DNA of 64,000 nucleotides from Rhodosorus marinus CCMP1338 (taxonomy: Eukaryota; Plantae; Rhodophyta): the NCBI GenBank assembly GCA_029953675.1, contig JAMWBK010000003.1, forward strand, positions 1,922,001 to 1,986,000. The letters run 5' to 3'. Shown here in pieces: positions 12,001 through 23,516 of the stretch. Numbering within the stretch: the stretch's first letter is position 1; every line of letters begins with the position of its first letter. Both the position numbers and the translations under genes were made by a program. The notes beneath the pieces are model-generated. The model had not been told where the DNA came from, did no database searches, and saw only the letters and a list, made by a program, of their open reading frames with translations.

Positions 12001-13143
12001 ATGAAGCGTCCGGGAGTATTGGTTGTTCTGGTGGGGTTGTGGTTGATATGTGGAAGTCATGGAAAGGCTATTGTGCTCAAGTGCGGGAGTAGCCTGAGAG
12101 AGGAGATCGAGAAAGCTGATAAGTATGACATTCTTGTTTCGAATGGGGGATGTAAGTGGGAAGTGAGTAAGGCCATTATAATCAACAAGCCGCTCACTTT
12201 GAAGGGCATTCACGTGACTTTGCAATCTGGAGTTGTGGGATCTATCTTCTCTCTGAGGTCAAATAGGATCACTATTTCTGACTTTACAGTGATCGGTAAC
12301 CGAGATTCTGTAACCAAGGGCCAATCACTGATTAACGCATACAGAAGTGGCTTTGTCATTGAGAATGGCGCCTTGAAATCGTCCTCGAGCCACGGGATTA
12401 GAGTCGCGCCAGTATCAGGAGGGTTAGAAATTGACGGAGGAGTCATAAGGGACGTGGTTGGCCATAGAAATATCGGCAATGTTGTACTTCTTTCGACATC
12501 CAGGGGCGGGAAAACCTCAACAAGGAACGTCCTGGTTGAAAACGTTCGGGCCTACGACAGCAAGTTCAAGGGTGCTCTCGAAGTTTCGAACGGTGTTCAG
12601 GATATTTTCGCGCAAACTTTGTATGCAGAACGATGCGTTTTCGCCTTCGCTGTTCAGGATCAAAGCTTAAACCAGCAAAGCATCAGACGTGTATTCCTGA
12701 CCAGCGTTGTCGCGAGGAAGTGTGATTACGGAGTTTTAAGCAAGGGTGGTGTACGGCACTATGACATCTCTATCTCCGGTGTGATCATTGAGAACTGCAA
12801 AACGGCAATGACCCTTCACAACCTCAACTGGGGGAGGGTCTATGATGTTAGAGTTATCGACGCGGGAGACGGAAAGCCTCAGATTGGCATCCTGAAGAGC
12901 GACAATCTGACGCTTCGGGACGTCTCGTTTATGGGAAAGAGTCAGTCGGGATCGGCCGTTTTGATCAGGGAATCCAACAAAGTTCGAGTTTCAGGGGTTA
13001 TGCTCAGCGAGACCACCTCCTTCACTTGCGGCATCCTGTTCTTCGAGACCTCCCAATCCAAGTTGATCACCGCTGATATCTCGGGGATCGATCTAGGGGC
13101 AGCCCAGGAAGATGTCAGAGGAATCGAATACAAGGGTGATTGA
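12001..13143 (+). CDS. Secreted beta-helix protein, paralog 4 (candidate catalytic residues substituted)
   Basis: Intronless ORF; ATG at 12001 opens signal peptide MKRPGVLVVLVGLWLICGSHG; aligns with the paralogs but reads NIGN, EVSNG and VQDQ at the conserved motifs. Confidence 0.85.
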   Translation: MKRPGVLVVLVGLWLICGSHGKAIVLKCGSSLREEIEKADKYDILVSNGGCKWEVSKAIIINKPLTLKGIHVTLQSGVVGSIFSLRSNRITISDFTVIGNRDSVTKGQSLINAYRSGFVIENGALKSSSSHGIRVAPVSGGLEIDGGVIRDVVGHRNIGNVVLLSTSRGGKTSTRNVLVENVRAYDSKFKGALEVSNGVQDIFAQTLYAERCVFAFAVQDQSLNQQSIRRVFLTSVVARKCDYGVLSKGGVRHYDISISGVIIENCKTAMTLHNLNWGRVYDVRVIDAGDGKPQIGILKSDNLTLRDVSFMGKSQSGSAVLIRESNKVRVSGVMLSETTSFTCGILFFETSQSKLITADISGIDLGAAQEDVRGIEYKGD

Positions 13144-14564
13144 ACGCAAGCAACCATTGTATCAGAAGTGACGTTAAACTCTAACAAAACCCGCAGTGCA
13201 GAGGACGAAATCAAAACTAACTGTCTAGTTCACAGCGGAAGTTCTCGCGTGGAAACGGTCTCCGCACAACTCCGCGTCCTCAGCCATGTTTTCGCCTTGT
13301 TTTCTTCTGTGCGTTCCTAACATAGCCAAACATGATTTCAAAAAGGGAAGCAAAGCAACGTAATTCTCGTCGTTCCTCAGTAGAAAGACATGACCAGAGG
13401 TCGACATATCACAACAATCACCAATCACCTTGTCCTTTCCAACCCCCGCCAAAAGGAGACGTAAGTTCAACCGCCGTACGCACTTGGCTTGAACGCAGTA
13501 CTATGACCTACTGGTCATAGTTCTCAGGGTGCGTCCTGGGTGGCGCTTCAAGGCCTAACCCCAGACTACCGCTACCTCTGCAGGGTGAGGAAACACGATC
13601 AATCGATTATTTTCTCGGCAATACTCCTGTTCTTTGAGCGTGAGAGCAGTTCAAAGAACCATAACTGATTCTTATAGCATGCTGCTGCATCCTTGTTGCC
13701 TCCAAAATGCATCCTTGGAGCTATTGGCAACCTCAACGAAGCCTAGCATAGAGCTTTACAGGGTTTCACTGTTGAATGCTCGATCTCATACAGCTCAAAT
13801 CCTTAAGACTGAGAGCCTTAATTCTTTGCAATTGAGCATAGCTATCAGAGCTCGGAGGCTCATCTGGCTGGTACCTGTACACCAACGTCAACGCCATTGA
13901 GATGGTCGTGACTTGATCCCGAGCTCAAAGCGAAGGAGAACGTTGCCTTTGCGGAGAAGGAAAGCGCTTGGAAGTCAGCAGAGAACTCTTGTAGCGACTG
14001 CTGATGTCCAATGCTGAACACACACGACCCTCGCTGGGTGGTCTCCCCAGCTCGTTCAATGGGTCTATTCGAATTCGAGGGGCTGCAACCTTTGGAAGCT
14101 CGATGCAAACCCTCCAGCTAGCACAGTGCGAAGGGTTGCAGAGACCTCTGGATAATGAAAGTATTGCACATCGAATAAATTCTATGAAACAACCCCGCCG
14201 ACCCTCGCTTCGTCCGTACCTGCCACTTCGGATCTATCGGACTGTGGTGCGGGTACTGCCCTTGGAAGCTCAAACCACCAGAACGCGAAGCGTTAGTGAC
14301 CTCCTGAGAAAAACCGAACATGTTGGACAGTAAACGGTCACAATGAAAGAACAAGTACGGCCATGATTGCATCTGTACTACCCCTTCAAATACTCTAGGC
14401 TGACTTCTAATAGGCACAACCTCTGCTGGATGCATCCCCCAATGCTGGGCGCTAACGACTTTTACATTTGACAGAGGGGTAGCGTGACGACTGGTGATGG
14501 TCTAGTAACGGTCTGGTGACGAACCCTGCTAGCGAGGCGTATAACAACGGACAACTGGCAAGCT

Positions 14565-15688
14565 ATGACAGTCGGATTTCTATTCCACACGGCTGTGAAG
14601 CCATGTAGGAGAGACAAGCATGTCGTAAACCTATCGATTTCGGGTGCAGTAGCCGGCTTCTTCCTGTCGAGGGTGAGTATCTCCCCTCTGCCGCAGCGAT
14701 CTGAGCTTTCAGCGGAGCTGATCGTCGAAAGGACATCGTCTAAGACATCCTTTGGGGTAAGTTTTCGGCTTATATGGTATACACGGACCGGTTTGTGATG
14801 TTTCTCATGTGATTCCTTCGTTTCCTTGCTCAAGGTTAAACCTAGTGATGTTCTGGTTACCCCTCACCTCGAGCCAGCAGAGAACAAAGTTAGCATTCCT
14901 CGAGTTGGGGTCTTCCGCAGAGAGGATTTCTTGTTGTTTAGCACTACGGGGATCGCAATGGTTTACACAACCAAGAAGCTTTACGATCAGCACTACTTCC
15001 CAGTCGGAAAGCGACCGATTGACTTTCCAGATTCCAGGGTATTCAGTATCGTTACCCTACAGGTAAGAATTGTTCCGTTGGTTCGACGTCCCATTGAACA
15101 GCTCCAGCATCTTGCAGTAGCTTCTTGAAGGCCTGATCACCTCAGCGCATCCCGGTTTCACCTTTCTTTGTGCAGTTGGCGTTTGAGGGCGATGACCGAG
15201 AACATGTAAGGAAGAGGGTAAAACACATCTGTCAGAACACCAAGCCGACGTTTGTGGGCCTCGCTGGAGCGCTATCGAAGCTATCCACGGCGATCCTGTT
15301 TAGATCTCGTTTTGCGAGTAGAGGTCACTGCGATGTCCGCAACGCCGAGAATGTCGACGATGCGAAGATGCAATACGAAAAAGCTCTAGAGGAGGTGAAA
15401 CAACTCTGGGAACAGCACATGGAAGACGAGATAGATGAAGGAGAGCAGGAGTTGTGCACGGTGATAATTCTCGTCGTGGCCGTCACAGACGACGTATTCT
15501 CGAACAAGCCGCTTACAACGGTACCAGAGGTTCTTCGCGCCCTCCAAACTGTAAGAGCCGACCAGTTCTGCGGGATGGAGGCCATGTGCTACCCTACCGA
15601 GGAAGACGACTGGCTCACGAAATCCCAATTGCACAGAATGTTCCCTCTCCTCGATGAGAGCGAGCCCGGGGTCCAAAAGAAAGTTTAA
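14565..15688 (+). CDS. Plastid-targeted DUF1517 family protein (FLAP1-related), 3 exons
   Basis: Exons 14565-14756, 14835-15062 and 15176-15688 join in frame across GT-AG introns. Transit-peptide-like N-terminus. SIVTLQLAF, VIILVVAV and EAMCYPTEEDDWLTKSQLHRMFPLL match the DUF1517 pattern (V-LQVAL..IVVTILVA..EVLWTPQ..D-LS..ELL..YP-L). Confidence 0.75.
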
Positions 15689-15845
15689 CCAAATCCATAG
15701 CTATGTTCATATTACTACCAAAACAAAAACCTGTTCCTAACCCAGAATCTAAATGTATAGATCCGAGTCTCGTACCTACTCTATGTGCTCAGATAACATC
15801 TGCAGATCCTCCTAATAAGGAAGAGCTAGCAAAGGTGAAAAGAGC

Positions 15846-16766
15846 TTATGTATACCTACTGAGCTCTATTCTAAACTTGTTTTTTGAGGTCTTGGAGACG
15901 TTCTCAACTACCACCCTGCCTTTCCCACGGAAGGTAATCATATCACCTTCCTTTACAGATGAGCTGCCGTTCTTGACCTGCTTCCAGTTCACCAAAACGT
16001 TTCCTGTTTTGATCTCATCGCCTATCTTCGTGCGACTGATCCCAAAACCAGCTGATCCTACAGAATCAAGTCGCATGGACTTCTCAACGGTGTTGATGCT
16101 CCTCTTCTTAGGCTCTTTGTAGTACAGCTTGTCCCATTCGATGGGTTGCACCGTTACAGGCACTGATCTTACTTGTGATAGCACTGTCTGGAGCGGATTG
16201 ACTATATCAGGATCAACGATGACATGAGCTCCTCGATCACCGAGGAGGATGATATCTCCAATGAAATCTCGATCGATCCCAGCTCCGGTAATCGCCCCAA
16301 GGAAGTCTCCGTGACGTGCCGGATCGAATAGGAAGTTTCCTCGGATTTCAATCGGCGTCAAGAAATGCCGATCCTCCTCTTCTTCAATTAAGAGTGAAAG
16401 ATCTACGAGTTCTACGGGGGAGAGGACCATCCTCTTCCTCTCGGCCTGGGGAAAGCCACCGGCAGTGGTGACCGTCAGGTCCGCAAGCTTTCCCAAAGCA
16501 TTTCCGAGCTCCAAACTCTCTACCGGGCGCAGAAAATGGGTGGGAATTACAGAAAACTCCTTAAGAGCGCGTTCCGCGACATCAACCACCCTCGCCGCAA
16601 TATTCTCCTCCACGCCGTGGTGCCGGGCGTGCTTCAAGATGTCGTCACGGGGCACCAACCCACGACCAGCTGCCACTCGAACCGAATTTACATTTCTCCC
16701 AATACAACATCGCCTTGTACCGAAATGAGGACTACGCTTGATCAAAAACAGGTCAACAAACCCCAT
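15846..16766 (-). CDS. Photosystem II S4-domain RNA-binding protein (YlmH/Sll1252 family), plastid-targeted
   Basis: First ATG at 16766 (MGFVDLFL..). Motifs TTAGGFPQAERKR, HGDFLGAITGAGIDRDFIGDI and the C-terminal S4 domain SMRLDSVGSAGFGISR..VKEGDMITFRGKGR. Confidence 0.9.
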   Translation of the reverse strand: MGFVDLFLIKRSPHFGTRRCCIGRNVNSVRVAAGRGLVPRDDILKHARHHGVEENIAARVVDVAERALKEFSVIPTHFLRPVESLELGNALGKLADLTVTTAGGFPQAERKRMVLSPVELVDLSLLIEEEEDRHFLTPIEIRGNFLFDPARHGDFLGAITGAGIDRDFIGDIILLGDRGAHVIVDPDIVNPLQTVLSQVRSVPVTVQPIEWDKLYYKEPKKRSINTVEKSMRLDSVGSAGFGISRTKIGDEIKTGNVLVNWKQVKNGSSSVKEGDMITFRGKGRVVVENVSKTSKNKFRIELSRYT

Positions 16767-18098
16767 TCCTCGCACAAAACCCGCACTGCAAGCCCCCAAA
16801 AAACTGAACAACACAAAAAAAAGGTGCCCTGACCAAAAACCTTCTTCACATACAGAACAATCCAACAACAAAACTCATTCTTCTCACAGACGCCTCCCAA
16901 TCTATCCCAAAATTTCCAAGCTACTTGAATACCACCACCATTCCTCACAGACTCAGACTTGGCTTCAACATAGTCGGCAATAAATGACTTATCAATCCAC
17001 GACCATTGCAAAGCAAAGTTCGCATCGTTTTAAGGACAAACATACACACAACGGGAGATTTTTAATTCTAAATTTTGAAAATATCTATAATTTAGAAATA
17101 GATACTTGAAAATTAAGGATTTATGACGGATATTTCTAATTCTTAGTGTGTTTGAATGTTGATTTAGTCTCTTTGCTTTAGGGGGTGGTGGTCATGTTCT
17201 TCCCACGCAACAGGATGAGGAGCACGTTACGAGATGTGGTAGTGTCAATACAGCACAATAAGAAATATGAAAATTCCAGGTTATTCGAATGTTTTGAATA
17301 GCTTTGGGTCGTCCTTGTACCCAAATTGAGAGCGCGAACCTATTAGGAGTGGGTGACCAAGCACAAAGGGATAGACGATGATAAGTGGAGGTAGGCGAGG
17401 GTCCTGCCGACTTAAACAGAACGTCTTGGAAGTTGAGCAGGCGGATGACACTACTGCCTACCTGCCCGGCGATCTGAAGGAGGAAGTCCGCGTTTTGGAG
17501 AAAGACTCGTAGTCGACGGAGTCTTCACGGTTTGTAAGCTCACTGAGTTCTGCTCGCTGCTCCAGTCCTCAAGGACAACAACCCGACCTTCTCCGCGGCG
17601 CAAAGTGTGTTTTGATTTTGTTAATGTTACAAAGCCAGGTATTTACTTTACTCGGTGTCCGCTGTCTTCGTTACTGTTGCCCCATCCTTCATCCTCTGGG
17701 AGGATTCCGTCTGTCTCTTTTCTGGGCTAGTACTTCTAGGTCGTCCTCGCAGCTTGATTCGGGGTCCACAGTCTTCGGTCCCATGTACTCTGCTGACTCA
17801 GCGTAGTCAGTGGCCTTTTGGAAGTCAGCGACAAGTGCACCGGAGGAAGACCACGCCAACGATGTGCGGAATTCTCATGTGTTGCGAGAGGAATAGAAAC
17901 CATCTGATCTAGCTCGGCGACTCTCACAAAACATAGATAAGACATCCTAGTACAAGAGCAAACCTACCAAAAGACAAAGCGATGCGCAACGACCGATTCA
18001 AGTACCCGAGCGTCTATAAGAGCTGCAGTGCAGATATTCAGCTTATGGCAGCGCATGGTAGGAGCAGCTGCTCCACGGCGCCGCGACGAGGCCGGTAG

Positions 18099-18302
18099 GT
18101 AACGTTCGCGAGTGGAAAAAGGTTTAGTTTGGTGTATGGCATCAATCAAAAGCTCACCGAGCACTCAATCATGCGTATGCAGTTCAAGAGGCTCCACCGG
18201 AAATGCGAGAAATGTGGACTGAACATCCACAAGACAGCGCAGTGCAATGCATCAATCAAATGCCGCAAGTGCATCCAGTATGGACACTATCAAAGGGAGT
18301 GA
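18099..18302 (+). mobile_element. Decayed retroelement Gag/ORF1 fragment with tandem CCHC zinc knuckles
   Basis: Frame from 18099 reads ..KCEKCGLNIHKTAQCNASIKCRKCIQYGHYQRE*. The first knuckle is an exact CX2CX4HX4C; in the second the last Cys position is TGA (18300-18302). An upstream in-frame TAG is also present. Confidence 0.7.
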
Positions 18303-21300
18303 CGGAGCAAGAAAGTCCACCACAACAGCAAGAAAGTCCACCGCGAACAAGGAACTTTCTTCGCACTCTGTGCCCATGGCCTAGAAACAAGAGAAATCGA
18401 AGCTCTACTTGCTGTTTGTATTAGGGGTTAAACTCCCATTCCACAAATTTAATGGAAGAACCGACTAGGGGGGTCGAAACGTCTACCGATATTCAAAATA
18501 AAATAAAATAAATCTCTATTTTTATGTTTGTCATAAATATAATTCAGGGGTAATATCCAATTCCAGAAATTCAAGTGTGGTTGAAACTAAGGACGGGGGT
18601 AGGGATTTCGTTTCCAAAATTGTATGAGGGTTTGCAATGAATGATGGAGCAGTAGGGTTCAGCGTGGCCACCTGCTTACTAAGAGCACTGCATGCTTTCG
18701 TCAGAGTTTTATTGCTTCCCAAACCGTCAAATTAGAGAGTTGAGAGAACGAAAGCGGACGAGTGACTTTAAAAGACGGCTGATCATCATGGAAGTACAAG
18801 CAGCGACCCCAATGGTAGTTTCTGATCTGTAGCTAGATCGAGCGTTTCCATAGGAAAGGGCGAAACGGAACGGGAACTGATAGAGCGAGAAGCTTCAGCG
18901 GAGGAAGACGACGAAATACGGGCGCCGACGATTCCAGCTTTGTTGGTTGGAGAAAGAAAAACTGGGACTTAGAATCTGTATGCGCTGGGGTCGCGTCTAT
19001 CACAGGCTATATTCTTCCCTCGGGGTCCGCCTAGGAACTTTGTCTAGTTTCCGCCAAAACTAGAAATTAAGCGGTGGTTGGAACTTAGGAGGGAGGAATC
19101 TCGTTTCAAAAATTGCTTTAACTGCTTATCTTCATGTAAACAGCGATTAAGCGCACCTCTACCTCGAGATTCCGCCCCGACCTCGCCGTTAGCTGGTTGT
19201 TCCCCCACACCGAAACCCCATTTTGGCAGTCTACTTGAAGGACTTCAGCGCTATAAAGCTGTCACGGAAGACCGCTGAATCTCCTGAAATGCTGAAATGC
19301 TGAACAGTTCCCAGTAAATTCTACCCCTCCATATCCACACGGCTGCCAGAAATCTTCTGAAAAAAATCGAATCGAATACTCCTCTCCTGTCAACAGGCAC
19401 CCGCTGTCCAGAAATCCAGGGCTACTAACCCAATTTCAGGTCTAGAGCACCCTGGTCGCATGAGCAGTCCGCCAGGAGCTGCCGGCGCCTCTTAAAGGCC
19501 CAACAAATTTCCAGGTAACCCAGCAGACAACGTGGGCAATAGAACAAGCAGGAGTTGTCCTATTTCGCCAGAGAACCAGATTAGGACATGACTACAAGCA
19601 TCTATAGCTCATGGGCGGGGTGCAGGGAGGGGGGAAGCGTTGAGATGGTGTAATAGAACATTTTTGGGATAATACTGCCAGCATGTCCGTTCCAAGTCCC
19701 TACTGAACACCACGTCGATAACTCCAATAATGCCAAATCTTAACTTAAATCCAACGTTCCAATAGCATTCGCTTAACAAATAAAACCATGTAATTGTTAA
19801 TAAAAACAAAATATTAGATCATATTAACGATAAAAATTGTAAAAATCGATCTACGGACAGAACTGTACGTTGGCTCAATTCAAAGTGTCAGCAAGATGGT
19901 CAAATATTACTGAAAACTTATTTTGTGGGGTCTGTCGGTACCTGGGGAACGCCGACAGGCAACCCGTCAGGTGTTTCCCACTGAAGGAATGGGCTGGATC
20001 TGCATCGTCGTGAGCTTTGATAAGGTATTAATATTATATATGGACGGTTTATGATTTTGATCTGATGGGGTGAGAGTGCTCTCATCAGCTGGTTAAGTGA
20101 AGAACGAGCAGGATGAAGTTGTTTGTATTTCTGTTGGCGGTGATTGCTGTCGCCACAAGTTGCGCGGACGTTATTCCGCTTGACTGTGATAAACCTCTGA
20201 AAACTCAGATAGAAGGTGCTCCTATACACTCTGAGCTTGTGGCCTACGATTCCTGTGTATGGATGGTTGATGAGACGATTCGAGTTAGGAACCCGGTGAC
20301 GATTCGTGGAGTTACCGCGAGGCTGCCAGATGGATTAGGAAACGCTCCACTTCTCGAGGTCCGGACGGAAGGGTTCACCATGACCGATTTTGAGTTCATT
20401 GGAAACATTGAATCCGTGGAATTCGAAGATAGAGAATCCCTCGTGGCCGTGGCTATGGGAGGGTTTCATATCGAGCGGGGAGTTCTGAGAAGCTCATCCC
20501 AGCACGGAATCCTTGTCCGTCCAATGGGTTTTCATAAACACGACATAGTGGGTGGTGTGCTCAGAGATCTTGCGGGATATGGCAACCGAAGAGACCTTGT
20601 ATCAATTACGAGCATGAGGCAGGGCGAATATATCTCAAGGAACATCGTTGCTGAGAACCTTCGAGCGTACAATCAATGGGAACGAGGAACCATCGAAGTC
20701 ACCGACGGAGCAAAGGACGTGTATATAAGCAACGTCTACGCCGAGAACTGTTTTTACGCCGTTGATATCCAGGATCATGACGAAGGCAACGACGAATCGC
20801 TTGCTCATGTGAACAGAGTGTTCGTTAGCAATGTCATTGCAATGAACTGCACTTGGGCTATCCACTCTGAAACGTTTGTCGCTGGCCACTCAGACATATC
20901 AATCTCAGGCGTTGTTGCCACGGACTGCATGAACGCCGTGCTACTGGACAGAATCAACCGGCTCACGCTAACCGATGTCAAAGTTGTCAATGGGAGGAAC
21001 GAGAGCACCCAAGTGGACATAGCCCACGCCAAGTACGTGAACATGAGAGAGCTTTCTTTTGCTGGCGGTGTAGGCGAGTCCAGTGCGATCACGCTTCGGC
21101 AATCTGAGAAGGTCAGAGTCCAAGACGTCACTCTCGCAGATGATACAAATTTCAAGTACGGAATAACTGTGAACGCGACAGTTCCAGAGCAAGAAGCTTT
21201 CGCGACGCTCAGCTTCACAGGCAACGATTTAGAAGCGGCGAGCGAGGAGGAGATTCAGTACTACTTTTTCCACGAGTCGCTTTAACTGGATTTCCATTGA

Positions 21301-21614
21301 CCTACAGAGCCCTGTTGTGCCTCATGGCAGCTTTTCACATATTCGTCAAAGAGAAACGTATCGAATTCTATGCAGCTGTACGGGAGTAGTGGGCCGCAGA
21401 TGAGCTCGGAGCCAAGCCGTCGACACTATAGTCAGATCGCAGAGTGTCGGAGGGGGCTATCTGATGAGTTTCCGTCTGTACATATCAGTCATTTATACAA
21501 GTAAAAACGTTTCTCAAAAACTTGGGAGTACATCGCCCAAAACCCAGAAACCTGAAACCACCTTCATAGTTCGACGGCGGGACAGTGCTTCCGCTGCTCA
21601 TCTCTTATTGTCGG

Positions 21615-23187
21615 CTAATCGAGATCAATGACTTCGGGCATGTATTCCCGCAAGTCCCTATAGACGGCCCGGTTTCGCAGCTTCGAAAGTGATCCATTTA
21701 TAATCTGTCGCGTGCGTTCAGGGCTGAGTTTCAACGCCTTGGAAATCTGTTTCATTGTTCTTTCTCCACCATCATCAAGCCCGTAGCGAAGTCGGATCGC
21801 CGCGCGCTCACGGGGATCAAGGTACTTCCTCAGCGCCTTGTCGCAGTCCATTTTGAGCATGCTCTCCACAAGCTCCTCATCAAGGTCAACTTCGGCTTGC
21901 AAAACATCCCCGACCGTCAAACCTTCAGCTTCTCCAGTCAACGCCAAGTCGGTCGACACAAAGCTCTGGTTAACGGTCTCTACAATCATCTGCATCTTCC
22001 CATCAGTCATGCCAACTAGTCTGGCCAATTCATACTCCGTCGGTCCACGTCCGTGAGCTTTCACGTACTCCTTATGAACCTTCTTCATCCTCGTGTAGTG
22101 CTCATGAACCCTCGTTGGGATCCTCACCGGTCTTTCAATTCTATGCAATGCTCTCGACGTAAGGGACTATAGGAGTAGCTTCTGAGTCAGCCAGGAACCT
22201 CCGTTCATCAGCAAGCTTGGAATTCGAAGGAGGACCTACCCTAACCCAGTATGTAGCATACGTGGAGAAACGGAAACCCTTTCCTGTATCGTACTTCTCA
22301 GCTGCTCTCATAAGTCCGAATACGCCTTCCTGCATCAAATCCTGCTTCAGAGAATCATCGATCATGCCGTAGGGTCGTGTAGATTTGTTCACAATCGACT
22401 GTACAAGTCGAAGATTTGCACTCACAAGAGCTTGCTTAGCTGATATCCCAGAGATCATGACTTCCTTCAACCGTTCAACATCCTTGTTTTGGGCAAATCA
22501 ACAACCGAAAGCGTGAGCAAAAGGGTCAAGATGAGTCAACGGGTGGCTTTGTTATCTGAGGAAGCGGGCTTTTTCTTACCATCTCAAGAATTTCTGCCCA
22601 TTCTTTGAAAGTTGGGTTTCGTCCTAAAGTTGCTCGGAGTCTTCAAAGTAGAAGAGGAAGGGGAAGGGGAAGGGAATGGTTAACGTTCTCTTGAGGTCGA
22701 TTTGTCCTTTTCAGGTCGCGGGTTAAGATGCTAATGGCACTGACTTTTCTTTACAAGCCTGGAGCTTTGTATATTTCTCGATTCTTCTAGCCAGATCTAG
22801 CTCTTCTGAACGGGTCAATAGATCTACTGTCCTTACATCAGTGATGTAACGAACCAGGGAACTAGTGATGTATAGTGGCTTCTCTCTCGACTTCCTAGAC
22901 GCATTTTTCCTAACTTTGATCTCGCTCTTGACCTCCTCAACCTCCAAATCAAGCCCTTCAACCTCAGAAACCTCAGAAACCCATCCCTCGACACCATCCA
23001 ACCTCGAAAAATCAAACTTTTCAACCGACGGATTCTTCGCCCGCTCAACCTTCCTCGACCTCGGCCTCTTACCAACCTTCACATCCGCCTCCTTAACTAC
23101 ACAAGCCGCAGGCTTTCTATCCTTTACCACCTCCACTCCACCACCTCCTCCCCCAACAAACCCGGCAAAACCCATAAACTCAGCCAT
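21615..23187 (-). CDS. SIG: Nuclear-encoded plastid RNA polymerase sigma-70 factor, 4 exons
   Basis: Transit-like N-terminus MAEFMGFAGFVGG; region 1.2 (LLTRSEELDLARRI); region 2 (ANLRLVQSIV, DLMQEGVFGLMRAAEKYDTGKGFRFSTYATYW); region 3 (RPVRIP); region 4 HTH (LSPERTRQIINGSLSKLR). GT-AG introns restore the frame. Confidence 0.95.
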
Positions 23188-23464
23188 CCAAAATCCCTAT
23201 TGACAAACCCAAAGCACCTCTCCTATCTCTCCATTCCCATCATCCTAATAATGCATATCAAAAAATCACAGAATCCATCCTACAAGAACCTTCTCCTCCA
23301 CCATTCCCCACCCAAAGCCCCTTCTCATCAACTCAACTCTTCCCTAAAACCTCCCTGTCCCCCTTCAACGAATATTGCCTTAATCCCCCTCCCCCTCCAT
23401 CCTCCCCTCTAATCTCCCTGTCCTTAACGAACATCGCCTTATATGTCCAGCTCCATCTTCCCCT

Positions 23465-23516
23465 ACCCCTTCCACTCCACCCCCTCCCCCACCCCTTCCA
23501 CTCCACCCCCTCCCCC
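23465..23516 (-). repeat. Perfect 26-bp tandem duplication, G-rich on the sigma-factor sense strand
   Basis: ACCCCTTCCACTCCACCCCCTCCCCC occurs twice in tandem on the + strand. Confidence 0.85.

Noticed and set aside
13860-14000. ..AIEMVV/LDPELKAKE.. as a hAT transposase LDPRFK-like remnant
   Set aside because: Too short, needs a frameshift, and no other transposase motifs are present.
21271-21285. C-terminal HESL of paralog 5 as an ER-retention signal
   Set aside because: It does not fit the HDEL/KDEL consensus and is not shared by the paralogs.
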